From NCBI GenBank assembly GCA_965215185.1, contig OZ244034.1, positions 1,664,001 to 1,728,000 of the forward strand: a DNA stretch of 64,000 nucleotides. Direction: 5' to 3'. Each line of letters starts with the position of its first letter. The stretch's first letter is position 1. Source of the DNA: Acidimicrobiia bacterium (GTDB lineage: Bacteria > Actinomycetota > Acidimicrobiia > Spongiisociales > ZC4RG35). A program made the position numbers and the translations under genes. Of this stretch, positions 1-8,426 are shown piece after piece. Under the pieces are notes generated by a model that was not told the DNA's origin, ran no database searches, and saw only the letters and a program-made list of their open reading frames with translations.

Positions 1-158
1 GCGTACACGGCCGGGTGCGGCAGGTAGAAGTCGCAGTCAACCCGCGGGGGTCGCCCGAGGTCATCGGGCAGACTGGGAAGGACGAGTTGGAGTGCCTGTG
101 CCCGTTGCGGAGGGTGTCTGAGGCATGGCTTCAGGTGCGGGACAGAAGTCCGAGTTGA

Positions 159-193
159 ATAGCAATCCCACAATGAGTATGTGGGATTGCTAT
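159..193. promoter_or_regulatory. Perfect 14-bp inverted repeat, putative operator
   Basis: ATAGCAATCCCACA (159-172), 7-nt spacer, TGTGGGATTGCTAT (180-193); overlaps the ATG at 192. Confidence 0.55.
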
Positions 194-416
194 GATTGTA
201 CCCGTGAAAGAGAGGACACAAGTGGCGCTGTCAAAGGGTGGTGCTGTCACCTACACCGAGCGGGGAGCAATCGTCAGGCACCCTAGCGGGGGAATTACCA
301 TCAGATCCCAAGGGAGAGAATTGACTGAGGATCACCTCCAGCGCCTCCATGAAAGCGCGGAGGCTGCCGAGCGCATTCTCTCGGAGTGTTACGGTGACGG
401 GGAGTCTCTCGTCTAG
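192..416 (+). CDS. Small hypothetical protein (74 aa)
   Basis: ATG-start ORF behind a palindrome and convergent with a toxin-like ORF; no recognisable motif. Confidence 0.4.
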   Translation: MIVPVKERTQVALSKGGAVTYTERGAIVRHPSGGITIRSQGRELTEDHLQRLHESAEAAERILSECYGDGESLV

Positions 417-458
417 CGAAGGCGTGGTATCGGTACCCGCCATTGTCACAACCGCATG

Positions 459-917
459 TCAGGGGTTTACCCGAAGGTGCCTTCTGCGCTTTATATCGGA
501 CCGAGATAAACGCATAGCGTGAAACACGAAGCATTGGTAGGTCAACTCTCGGTCCCGAAGGCACTGTAGTTGATGCTGGTAACTGAGATTTTGTCTCAGC
601 GCTATCTCAATCCCCGTTCCCTTGTAGGGCTCCAAGGCAGATGCGTAGATGGCTCTGGTGCCCCCAAATTTTCCGTCTGCGTCCAAGTTTTCTTTGTTCG
701 GCCTGAAGGCAAACAGTTTGTCCGGGTCATGGCTTATTGCCCATAGAATTTCGCTCTCCGTCACACCCCCATCAGCAATACCCCTATCGAATATCCGCTT
801 GGAGATATTGATATCAACCACTTCGTAGGGAACGGGCCAGTAAAGCCAGTCGGTATCACCAGCAAGCCCCCGCGCCTCATGGTGGGTGGCAGGGGTCGCG
901 TTGATGTAACAGGGCAC
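459..917 (-). CDS. Hypothetical protein, possible BrnT/RelE-fold toxin
   Basis: GVTESEILWAI segment and C-terminal CFVFHAMRL resemble actinobacterial small RNase toxins; similar to ORF 7227-7523. Start uncertain. Confidence 0.5.
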   Translation of the reverse strand: MPCYINATPATHHEARGLAGDTDWLYWPVPYEVVDINISKRIFDRGIADGGVTESEILWAISHDPDKLFAFRPNKENLDADGKFGGTRAIYASALEPYKGTGIEIALRQNLSYQHQLQCLRDRELTYQCFVFHAMRLSRSDIKRRRHLRVNP

Positions 918-1061
918 GCCTCAAGGATACCTATCAGCGACTCCTTCACCCCTCCCATGTAGGTCACTTGCGGTGGTGTCTGGGGCTTAGCAGGGGGTTC
1001 GGGGAGGACGCCACAGTTTTTGAGAGGGGACACCACCGTTCGGAATTTCGCATTCAGCGTA

Positions 1062-1809
1062 TCATCTGGGAATGATCTTCGTGTAACCGCACGACGGTTC
1101 GGTCCGGTACCTGGAACACGCCCAGAAGCGTCCGTATCTGATCTTCTCTACGAGAATGCCTATCTCGCACTGTGGGCAGGCCTTTGGTCTATATTCGCAG
1201 GAAATGTTGGTGCATTCGGGTTGCCCACGCTCACCAGAGACCAACGAGTAACCGACTCTGCACCTAATGCATCGGGGTGCGAGATAGTCACAGGTCGGAT
1301 AGTTCGAACACCTCAGGTTCTTGCCACTCTGGGACCGGGTCAGACGGCCGCTTCGGCAACGGGCGCACTTCGGAGCGAGGTCGCCAAGTCGCGATATGAC
1401 ATTGGACTCGCCGAGTAGTTCGGTGACGAAGATGGATGGTCGCATGGGATCCGCGACCAGATAGGTTCCGATACGGGCGCGTGTCATCGCCACATAGAAG
1501 AGGCGCCGATCCTCGGCGAATGGGAACGCCTTTCCGCGCAGAGGGGGTAGCACTAGGTCCAGTAACGGGTCGTCGTCTACCCGGCATGGGAATCCCATGC
1601 GGTCATCCTTGAGGTCCACTACTACCACATAGTCGGCCTCTTTCCCTTTGGCACTGTGCGCTGTGCTGAACTGCACCTTCAACTGACCGGGCGGTCGGAG
1701 CGGTCGGAGGGCCTTTCGACTGGAGCGATAACGGCCGAGGACAAGCACTGACCGGCGTTCACCCTTTGCATGGGTTTTGATCTGATCAAGGGCTTGTCGT
1801 ATCCCGTGA
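1062..1809 (-). pseudogene. helD: DNA helicase IV (UvrD family) C-terminal part with topoisomerase-type C4 zinc ribbons, split by IS110
   Basis: STAHSAKGKEADYV, EDRRLFYVAMTRAR and repeated CxxC motifs; joins in frame with 3205-3550 when the IS is removed. Confidence 0.85.
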
Positions 1810-2951
1810 TGCTTCTATGTTCTCCAAATCGAAGCTTTTGGCGGGGAATGGGATTTTGAGCTTGTGGGGGTGTTGCGGCGTTTCCGAGTGGAACGGTGGG
1901 GCTGGTTCGGCCGGGGTTGGGGGCGGGTTTTGTAGGAGTCGGTAGAGGTGGCGGGCGATGTACCGTTTGAGGCAGCGGCGGGCTTCTCGGGTGGTTTTTC
2001 CTTGGCTGATGCGTTTGGCGATGTAGGCCCGGGTTTTGGGGCAGTCCCGAGCGCGGGTGATAGCGATGGTGTGGAGGGCGCGGTTGAGTTGGCGGTCGCC
2101 GTAGCGGCTTAGCCGGTGGCGGGTTTGTTGCCCCGAAGAAGCTTGGAGGGGTGCTACGCCGGCCAGGCGAGCGACGCGGCCTCGTTGCGGCATCGGCCTG
2201 GGTGGGACCAGGCGATGAACACCTGCGCGGCGGTGACCGGACCAATCCCGAATTGGTCGAGCAACTGCGGAACTGCGGCTGTGACCATTTCGGCGATGGG
2301 CGTTTTCAGCTCTGCTATTTCATTGTTGAGGTTGCGGATGCGTCTGGCTGTAGAACGTAGGGCTTGTTTGGTGGCGGTCAGTTCGTTGACGGAGGCGGGT
2401 CGGATTCGAAACGCCGCGCACTTGGCCACCAGAGCAGTTGTGCTCAGACCTCGGAGTTGGTCCCGAAGATCGACCGGAGCGGTCACTACCAGGGCTTTTA
2501 GCTGGTTGATGGCCGATACTCTGGCCCCTTGGGCGCCCTGGCGGGTGGTCTCCAACACTCGCAAGGCTTCGCGGTCTCCCCTAGCCCGCGGGACAGATGG
2601 CCAAGGACGGCCCAGCACCTGGCGAGCGGCCCGCCGAGCGTCCAGTGCGTCGGTTTTGGCGCCGTCGCGGGTAGGGGTGGGATCGTTGAACTCCACCACT
2701 AGTTCACCTCGGGCGGCGAGATAGGTGGTCACGCCTGCTCCGTAACTGCCCGAGCCTTCCACCGACCACACCCGCTCAGCCGTCTGAGTGTGCTGGTCTG
2801 CCCATTTCAACAACCGGTCATATCCCAGCCGGGTGGTTCCGAACACCGCAGTCGCTTGTTCTCCGGTGGTGGAAGTGTCTACTACCGCGGCGGTGACCCG
2901 GTCACGATCAGGATCGATCCCGATCACATGCTCTACCATTGTGGCCAACAT
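1786..2951 (-). pseudogene. IS110 DEDD recombinase/transposase with a 1-bp frameshift near 2174
   Basis: GIDPD, VEGSGSYG and KTDALDA (DEDD) in ORF 2154-2951; ARLAGVAPLQASSG...GDRQLNRALH...RCLKRYIAR continues in another frame. Confidence 0.9.
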
Positions 2952-3206
2952 AAGAAACCTTCTCTTTCTTGTGCGAACTGGGCTAGTGCCTCACAAGGCG
3001 CAAACCGTGACGGCAGGACTGTGATGAGTCACACCCCATGGGTGGACAAGCTTCTGATCAGGCCAGCAACGGAACGCCCAGGGGCGTCAGCGGCGGTGTC
3101 GGACATATCACGGCAAAGACACAAAGGTCAGAGTGGTCTCGGGTCACGACACCACCGCTGACGCCAATCCTGGCAGCCTCTACAAGGCCCCCCCAATACT
3201 CACAGA
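1808..3206 (-). mobile_element. IS110-family insertion sequence, about 1.4 kb, with 2-bp core at both junctions
   Basis: GA at 1808-1809 and 3205-3206 (TC on the element strand); removal restores the helicase frame D-T-T-H-G-I-R-Q; no terminal inverted repeats. Confidence 0.93.
2960..3200 (-). ncRNA. Predicted IS110 bridge RNA in the non-coding left end (ends approximate)
   Basis: 19-bp stem (3083-3101 with 3147-3165) enclosing segments that match both target flanks; a second loop matches both element ends. Confidence 0.8.
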
Positions 3207-3550
3207 GTGGTATCTGACTCGAATATGACGCTGATCCCGGTATCGTCTCCGCTGCTGCTCGAACGTAGTGGCCTTCGTGTCTGCTCTGGGTTGCGCCGCA
3301 CGAACGCGGTCGACGGGTCAAGGATGCCGCGACCAAAGCGGAAAGTCTGACTGAGGGTTCGCTCCGTGGTATAACCGAGATAGGCCTGACAGGTGCGCAC
3401 GAGACCCACATCACTACCGGCGAAGCGGTAGATGGACTGCCAGTCATCACCAACCAGGAACCAAGCAACATCGAACCGCGCGAGCGCCTGCAGCAACGCC
3501 ATCCGACCCCTGGAGATGTCCTGAAACTCGTCTACCAAGACATAGGCGCG
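3205..3550 (-). pseudogene. helD: DNA helicase IV central fragment (N-terminus missing)
   Basis: YVLVDEFQDIS (Walker B), VGDDWQSIYRFAGSD, LSQTFRF; homology is lost upstream of about 3550 and no Walker A is present. Confidence 0.85.
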
Positions 3551-3845
3551 ACAGCACGGCCTGTTGGCCACCACTTTTGACCTGGAACTCAATAGAGGTT
3601 CCAGCGAGGGCACCGCGATTAAATCGGGGGGTCGCCACGGTTGAAATACCATAAGTGGGCACCCACTTGAGGCCGTGTGTCTGGTTGTGTTGCTAGGGCA
3701 GCCTCCTTGCATAAGGCCCGGGCGAGCCTGAGGGATTTCCCCCCGACAAGGTTGCCCTATCCCCATGCATCCACGACCAGCGCCATCCGCCCATGTTTTG
3801 CGATATCGAGACCCGCCCACTTGGGCATCCGTTATGCTGTGATGT

Positions 3846-4190
3846 ATGGGCGAAGAGATTCTGAGGGAAATGGCTGGCGAAATGCTGGCAAGCATGACAG
3901 ATGCTGAGATCGCTGCCCTCCGCGAGGACGCTGAGATCATTGCTCGCTGCGAAGATCCGAGCGAGGATTTTGAGAACATAGACAGCCGCCCACTCACTCC
4001 CGAGGAGATCGCATGGGTGACCTCTCTGGCGGATGGCATGTTCTTCAATCTTTCTCCAGAAGGCCAGATTGACGACATCCTTCATCTGCCCGCACATGTT
4101 TCAGCGAGGCTCTTGGCCCAGATGAGCGCTTCAGAAAGAGAGAACATCCTTTCCCGCCTACCCGAAGAACTAGCGCAAAGCATCATATAG
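3846..4190 (+). CDS. Acidic hypothetical protein; C-terminus resembles MgtE N-terminal helical repeats
   Basis: 114-aa ORF with protein-like composition; ARLLAQMSASERENILSRLPEE pattern. Confidence 0.55.
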   Translation: MGEEILREMAGEMLASMTDAEIAALREDAEIIARCEDPSEDFENIDSRPLTPEEIAWVTSLADGMFFNLSPEGQIDDILHLPAHVSARLLAQMSASERENILSRLPEELAQSII

Positions 4191-4519
4191 GCCGCCTCCG
4201 TGAGAGTGGCCTGATCCTATTTTCTGGCGAAGAACGGGTACTCCCGTCCGCCACCAAGCGATTCTCCGAATACGACATTCGCTATGTTCTACTCAACCCA
4301 ACGGGGTGGCAGGCCGATTTTCCCCGCAAGGGCAGACTCGCTGTTGGCGGGTGGACGAAAAGCAATAACGTTCCAATGGTCGTGCTGATCAACATGAGGA
4401 TGGGTTGGGTGTACCACTCTCAGAGATACGAACAGAAATACCAAAGGCTTTTCCCCTAGTGGCGGGTCTGCGAGTCAGCGAACAGGTAAGGGCGGAGGGA
4501 AGTGGCCTCTCCCTAAGTT

Positions 4520-4710
4520 AGAAGAAGTCATAGCCCAAGCGGTGGCTCACAACCTGTGAGAAGCCAAAGGCTACGCCTACGGCACGCAGCCACTGGAAGA
4601 GGACGACAAGCAGCCGCCCGAAACCGAACCGCTCAGCACCCCCGAAACAGGCAAAAACGGAGAAACGGCAACTAGATGGCCCACACAAACAGCCACAAAT
4701 GGCCCAGGGG
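4520..4710 (+). repeat. Degenerate 3' remnant (copy A) of IS4-like transposase element
   Basis: Encodes AVAHNL*EAK (compare TVVHNLKELK in 7532-8188); shares CCCGAAA(A)CAGGCAAAAA and an AAATGGCCCA-like end with copy B. Confidence 0.55.
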
Positions 4711-4931
4711 TGGTGGCCTGAGGGCCACCAAACCTGACCTGGGGCTCCGCAGGCGTTCCCGGGAGGGTTCCACATTCGAAAGGCCGAGGCTCCACATTTG
4801 GACAGATCCCAGTGGGCCATCCATGCCCCTCACATGGGGGCTGTATCGTCGGGGGCTTCCCTCGTGCTCAACCAGGGATTATGGATCAGATGCCATCCGA
4901 GAGGCACATCTTTGTGGTGTTGCTTAGCGTT

Positions 4932-5129
4932 CTACTCGGAACCTGCACTACGCACAGGAGGAGAGTCGTGTCGAAAACCAACTTGACTCCCCTCGATTTC
5001 GTAGAGAGTGCCTCGCGCTGCTTGATATGCCGCTTTCATTTCATGTGGGGCATCGGCTACCGAACGCAACTCGCCATTCTCGAACGCTTCGAGAATATTT
5101 AGCTCTTCTTCGCTTAGTTCGTAGTCCAC
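4932..5129 (-). pseudogene. BrnA/CopG-like antitoxin, apparently lacking its DNA-binding C-terminus
   Basis: LSEEELNILEAFENGELRSV...AARGTL is typical of this antitoxin family; AGGAGG RBS; lies directly after a toxin remnant. Confidence 0.65.
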
Positions 5130-5134
5130 GATGA

Positions 5135-5212
5135 CTACCTCCTCTGGTAGCGTTTCATCGCCTTTCGGCTAGGAATGATAATTTTGAGGAATATGCCCCA
5201 ATCGGTTCTCGG
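5135..5212 (-). pseudogene. C-terminal remnant of BrnT-like toxin
   Basis: Manual translation gives GIFLKIIIPSRKAMKRYQRR*, matching the IFLKTIIPSRKAT toxin C-terminus; truncated at IS-like ends. Confidence 0.7.
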
Positions 5213-5224
5213 GCCGCTCTTGCC

Positions 5225-5283
5225 GGTGGTGGTTCAGTTTGGCTCTCTGACCTGCGGTCCACCACTCAAAGTGAACCACTACC
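5225..5283. repeat. Head-to-head IS21-like terminal repeats
   Basis: GGTGGTGGTTCAGTTTG (5225-5241) and CAAAGTGAACCACTACC (5267-5283), 15/17 inverted match, centred on GACC-TGC-GGTC. Confidence 0.55.
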
Positions 5284-5329
5284 CTAAAAAGGAACCGGTT
5301 GAACTGTGAGGAGTTCTCCCGGGCGTTGT

Positions 5330-6403
5330 TTACCAGGGAGGTTTCCACCCGTGCGGCGGTGTCCCGTCGGGATATAGCCAGTAGCGGGAGGACATCTGAT
5401 CGTAAATGGACGCAACCGTTCGGCGGACTCTGTTGATGCCTGTTCTGAGGTCTTCAGTGTTGGGTATCTCGCTCTTGGAAACCCGTCCTTCGACTATAGC
5501 CACGGCCGCTTCTGATATTGTGACCACAGCCTCTGTATATGCGACCGTGTTCTCCACCAGCAAAGATGCCAGGTTTGCTGTTTGATCGGCCACGGTGGCG
5601 GAGGCTCTGCTCAACTCCCAAGTGGTGTCCTCGCTTCGTTCCAAGTCTGCTCGGTGCGATCCCCCTGCTCTCCACGCTTCCACCCACTCCAGGTCAATGC
5701 CCTCGAGCCAGGAATCCAGATCGTCGAGTCCGTAGCGTTTCAGGTTGTGATAGAGCGGCAACAGGTCATGGGAGGTGACGCTGTACGGAGCCCCGATCAG
5801 GTGGCACAGCACAACGAAAGACTGTTCCACCGCCATGTGCAGGTGAGAGTTAATTCCTCCCAGCCTGACCCAGACCGCACTCCAGTATTCCTCTTGCTCC
5901 TGGTCGCGGGCAATTCCGATCTCCTCGCTACTGGGAGTCATGGCGTAAAGAGCCTGAGACAAGTCGGTGTATGTGTTGTTGAGAGAAGCCGCTACAGCGG
6001 CGGATCTTATCCGTTGCGGGACCATTTTCTTATTCCAGTTGACGCCGGGTCCGGGTGGTTGATGCTTCAGCCATATACCATCTCGGGAGGCGCTACTCTC
6101 CAATGTGGAGGGCCACTTTTTCCATGATAGCCATCCGGGCCAGTCCGTAAGGACCACTTCTACTTGCCGCCCGCACGCTCGTCTGGCCCGTTTCAACAAC
6201 GCCAATTCCATGCCTGCTCTTTCGGATGTTTCCACGTCGTCTACTACGCACATCAGGTCGATATCCGACCAAGGCCCAGCTTCGCCGCGTGCCACGGAAC
6301 CGAACAACATTACGCTCCCCGGGAGCACCTCGGCCGCCCGACGGGCATCGTGGACCGTCGGGGCGGGTCCGTCGCGGGCAGGGGCCTCGGTCATGATCTC
6401 CAT
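5330..6403 (-). CDS. Minimal nucleotidyltransferase (MNT) fused to a HEPN-like domain
   Basis: LFGSVARGEAGPWSDIDL is the MNT motif; HMAVEQSF...TSHDLLPLY resembles HEPN. Confidence 0.8.
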   Translation of the reverse strand: MEIMTEAPARDGPAPTVHDARRAAEVLPGSVMLFGSVARGEAGPWSDIDLMCVVDDVETSERAGMELALLKRARRACGRQVEVVLTDWPGWLSWKKWPSTLESSASRDGIWLKHQPPGPGVNWNKKMVPQRIRSAAVAASLNNTYTDLSQALYAMTPSSEEIGIARDQEQEEYWSAVWVRLGGINSHLHMAVEQSFVVLCHLIGAPYSVTSHDLLPLYHNLKRYGLDDLDSWLEGIDLEWVEAWRAGGSHRADLERSEDTTWELSRASATVADQTANLASLLVENTVAYTEAVVTISEAAVAIVEGRVSKSEIPNTEDLRTGINRVRRTVASIYDQMSSRYWLYPDGTPPHGWKPPW

Positions 6404-6535
6404 AGCCTAGATGTGCTTCCCCAGGGATGCGGTTGACAGTCTGGGGTGTCTGGTTGTCGAGTGCCAACTACGGGAATACGACACAGCTCGGAAGGTGGTT
6501 GTCGGTGGATCGGAAAGGACTCGGCTTGGCTCTCC

Positions 6536-6563
6536 GGTGGTGTTTCACTTTCGGGGTTACTCA
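6536..6563. repeat. IS21-like element end
   Basis: GGTGGTGTTTCACTTTC followed by 11 nt ending in CA; related to the repeats at 5225-5283. Confidence 0.5.
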
Positions 6564-6800
6564 CCCCCAGGGCACCGCCCGACTAGACCACAACGCCGCA
6601 CCCGCAGCGCCGACAGTAAACCCTTACTGTCGGCTTTAGCGGCGCCCGAAAAGACCCAAACCAGCCGTCAAAGCCTCCCAACACACCCAGAAGTTCTCAC
6701 GGCAGGCCAACAGGCACTAGAAATGCCCGAAAACAGGCAAAAAGACAACAAAAATGGCCTAACTGGCCCACTTATTTTTGATAAATGGACCAGAGGCCGT
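6564..6800 (+). repeat. 3' remnant (copy B) of IS4-like transposase element with hairpin tail
   Basis: Codes PRAPPD* (stop 6584-6586), then GCCGACAGTAA-accc-TTACTGTCGGC; 6604-6661 is nearly identical to 8209-8267. Confidence 0.7.
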
Positions 6801-6899
6801 CGGGTGGCCGGTGGTGACATTCTGACCGACGGGGAGCCACTGAGATGTGTATACTCCGGCCTATGTCAATCCTGTGGATGGATGAGAGGCACAAACAAG

Positions 6900-7226
6900 A
6901 TGACTGAGAGCCAATCCTTAAGTGACGAGGCTCTACATAGCTTGGATGACGAGGCCGCCCTGATAGATGCGGAAGGACCCTGGGATCCTTACGACACCAC
7001 CTACACAGTCCCGCATCAGCGCGACATTGGCCGGGTGGTTGAGTTCGACCTGCGCACAGTCACGATCGACGACATAATCGTTCAGTGTGGATATCCCGAG
7101 AGCGCCAGGCGCGAACTCGTCGAAATCCATCGGCGCATTGCCTCCAACATGCTCCATTACCACAAGGGTTCTATCAAAAGAACCATTCCCCTATTGGAGG
7201 CAACCCTGCAGACCGGCGTTGCCTGA
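6900..7226 (+). CDS. Hypothetical protein (108 aa), possible antitoxin partner
   Basis: ATG at 6900 after GAGAGG; acidic N-terminus; stop codon abuts the ATG of the next ORF. Confidence 0.55.
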   Translation: MTESQSLSDEALHSLDDEAALIDAEGPWDPYDTTYTVPHQRDIGRVVEFDLRTVTIDDIIVQCGYPESARRELVEIHRRIASNMLHYHKGSIKRTIPLLEATLQTGVA

Positions 7227-7523
7227 ATGCCGCTCGACTGGCCCAACCACCTACCCGAGCAGGAGATCGAGATCAGACCCTCGGCACTGGACTGGAATGT
7301 GATCGAGGAATACATATGGGAGGTTCTCCAGATTCCCCCGCACAGACTGGCGCGCATTACCCACGGGAAGACCCATGAGAGGAACGACCGTATTTACGGG
7401 AGTCGGAGCATCGTGGGTGTTGGTACAACCCGTAGGGGAGACCTATTACGCGTTGTCTTGCGTTTCGACAACAGGACAGGTTCCGACTACAACTGCCTGG
7501 TGTTTCACGCCGAATACCTCTAG
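7227..7523 (+). CDS. Hypothetical protein, possible BrnT/RelE-fold toxin
   Basis: VGVGTTRRGDLLRVV and CLVFHAEYL; similar layout to 459-917. Confidence 0.55.
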   Translation: MPLDWPNHLPEQEIEIRPSALDWNVIEEYIWEVLQIPPHRLARITHGKTHERNDRIYGSRSIVGVGTTRRGDLLRVVLRFDNRTGSDYNCLVFHAEYL

Positions 7524-7531
7524 AGCGCCGT

Positions 7532-8188
7532 ATGCCTGGGGTGATAGGAACCCAAGTGACGGTGCGTTGGCGGCTTGGAGACCCCACCATCGATATGGTG
7601 TCCGAGTCGGGGAGGCTGGTAGCCACGCATCGGAAGGCACCCAGGGGTCTGGGACGGGTGGTGCGTTTGCCCGAGCACACCTCGGCTTTGGTGAACGCCG
7701 TGTTGGCGGCGTTCACCACCAAACGGCCGTGCAAACCGAAACCGAACCGGCCGCCCACCACCGCCAAGACCCGCAAGCCCCGGACCGCGAACAGAAACGG
7801 ACCGCATCTGCCTATCGAAGACGAGGTCTGCTGTTTGGCTTTCGCCAGCGTCACCGTGGACCTGCTCGACTCCTTTCAACGCATCCCCTACGGCACGCTC
7901 GCTTGGAAACAGTCCTACGGCCGGCGCAACATCATCGAAAAAGCCAACTCAATGCTCAAAGACAAAGGCGGACTTAACGCCGGATGGTGCCGGGCTTTCG
8001 GCCTCGCCGCTCAAACCATCGGAGCCCTAGCCCTGACCGTAGTCCACAACCTAAAGGAACTGAAGCGCTTCCTCGGGCGCCAAAAACGCAACGGCACCGT
8101 CCCCAAGCCCGCTTTGAACGGAACAGGCCCTGCCAATCCTGCTGAGGAAGAACCCTCCGGCACCCTGTCAACCCGGGGCCCGCCCTAA
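7532..8188 (+). pseudogene. Chimeric transposase remnant: IS21 IstA C-terminus fused in frame to IS4-like DDE transposase C-terminus
   Basis: VTVRWRLGDPT...RLPEHTSAL...RPCKPKPNRPP is IstA-like; YGRRNIIEKANSMLK is the Y-R-E-K motif; ends in TRGPP*. Confidence 0.75.
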
Positions 8189-8214
8189 CCACCCTCAAGG
8201 GCCACCCGGCAGCA

Positions 8215-8244
8215 CCGACAGTAACCCCCCTTACTGTCGGCTTT
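8215..8244 (+). terminator. Hairpin downstream of the transposase remnant (terminator-like)
   Basis: CCGACAGTAA-CCCCCC-TTACTGTCGG followed by CTTT; U-tract is short. Confidence 0.45.
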
Positions 8245-8426
8245 AGCGCGCCCGGAAAGACCAAAACAGGCACCCCAACACCCCAACAGGCCTCCCGGAA
8301 CGCCTACGCGCCGTCCGAAACAGCCTGACACACCCCAGCAACGGCTGAAAACCCCCCAAACCCTCCGAAAACACCAATTTTGCTGCTAAATGGCCAACAA
8401 AAACGAAATAAATCGCCCATTGGCCG

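Larger units (their letters stand above)
1..8426. mobile_element. Decayed genomic island at the 3' end of tmRNA (left boundary outside window)
   Basis: Dense IS remnants, truncated genes and TA-like ORFs ending exactly at the tmRNA CCA end; core genes resume after it. No integrase or att duplicate seen in the window. Confidence 0.75.

Noticed and set aside
971-1038. 10-bp inverted repeat CGGTGGTGTC / GACACCACCG
   Set aside because: Short, GC-rich and widely spaced; could be an IS scar but chance cannot be excluded.
3200-4078. 292-aa ORF as one gene
   Set aside because: Only the last third is helicase-like; the rest is antisense to ORF 3846-4190 or read-through of non-coding DNA.
6411-6899. 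N-terminal extension of ORF 6411-7226
   Set aside because: It crosses IS ends and a hairpin tail; ATG 6900 with an RBS is the more plausible start.
1-8426. CRISPR array or integron cassette array as the explanation for the island repeats
   Set aside because: Repeats are few, irregularly spaced and attached to transposase ends; no cas or integrase genes are visible.
1-8426. Duplicated tmRNA 3' end (att site) and integrase
   Set aside because: No extended copy of the tmRNA 3' end and no integrase were found in the window; they may lie to the left.
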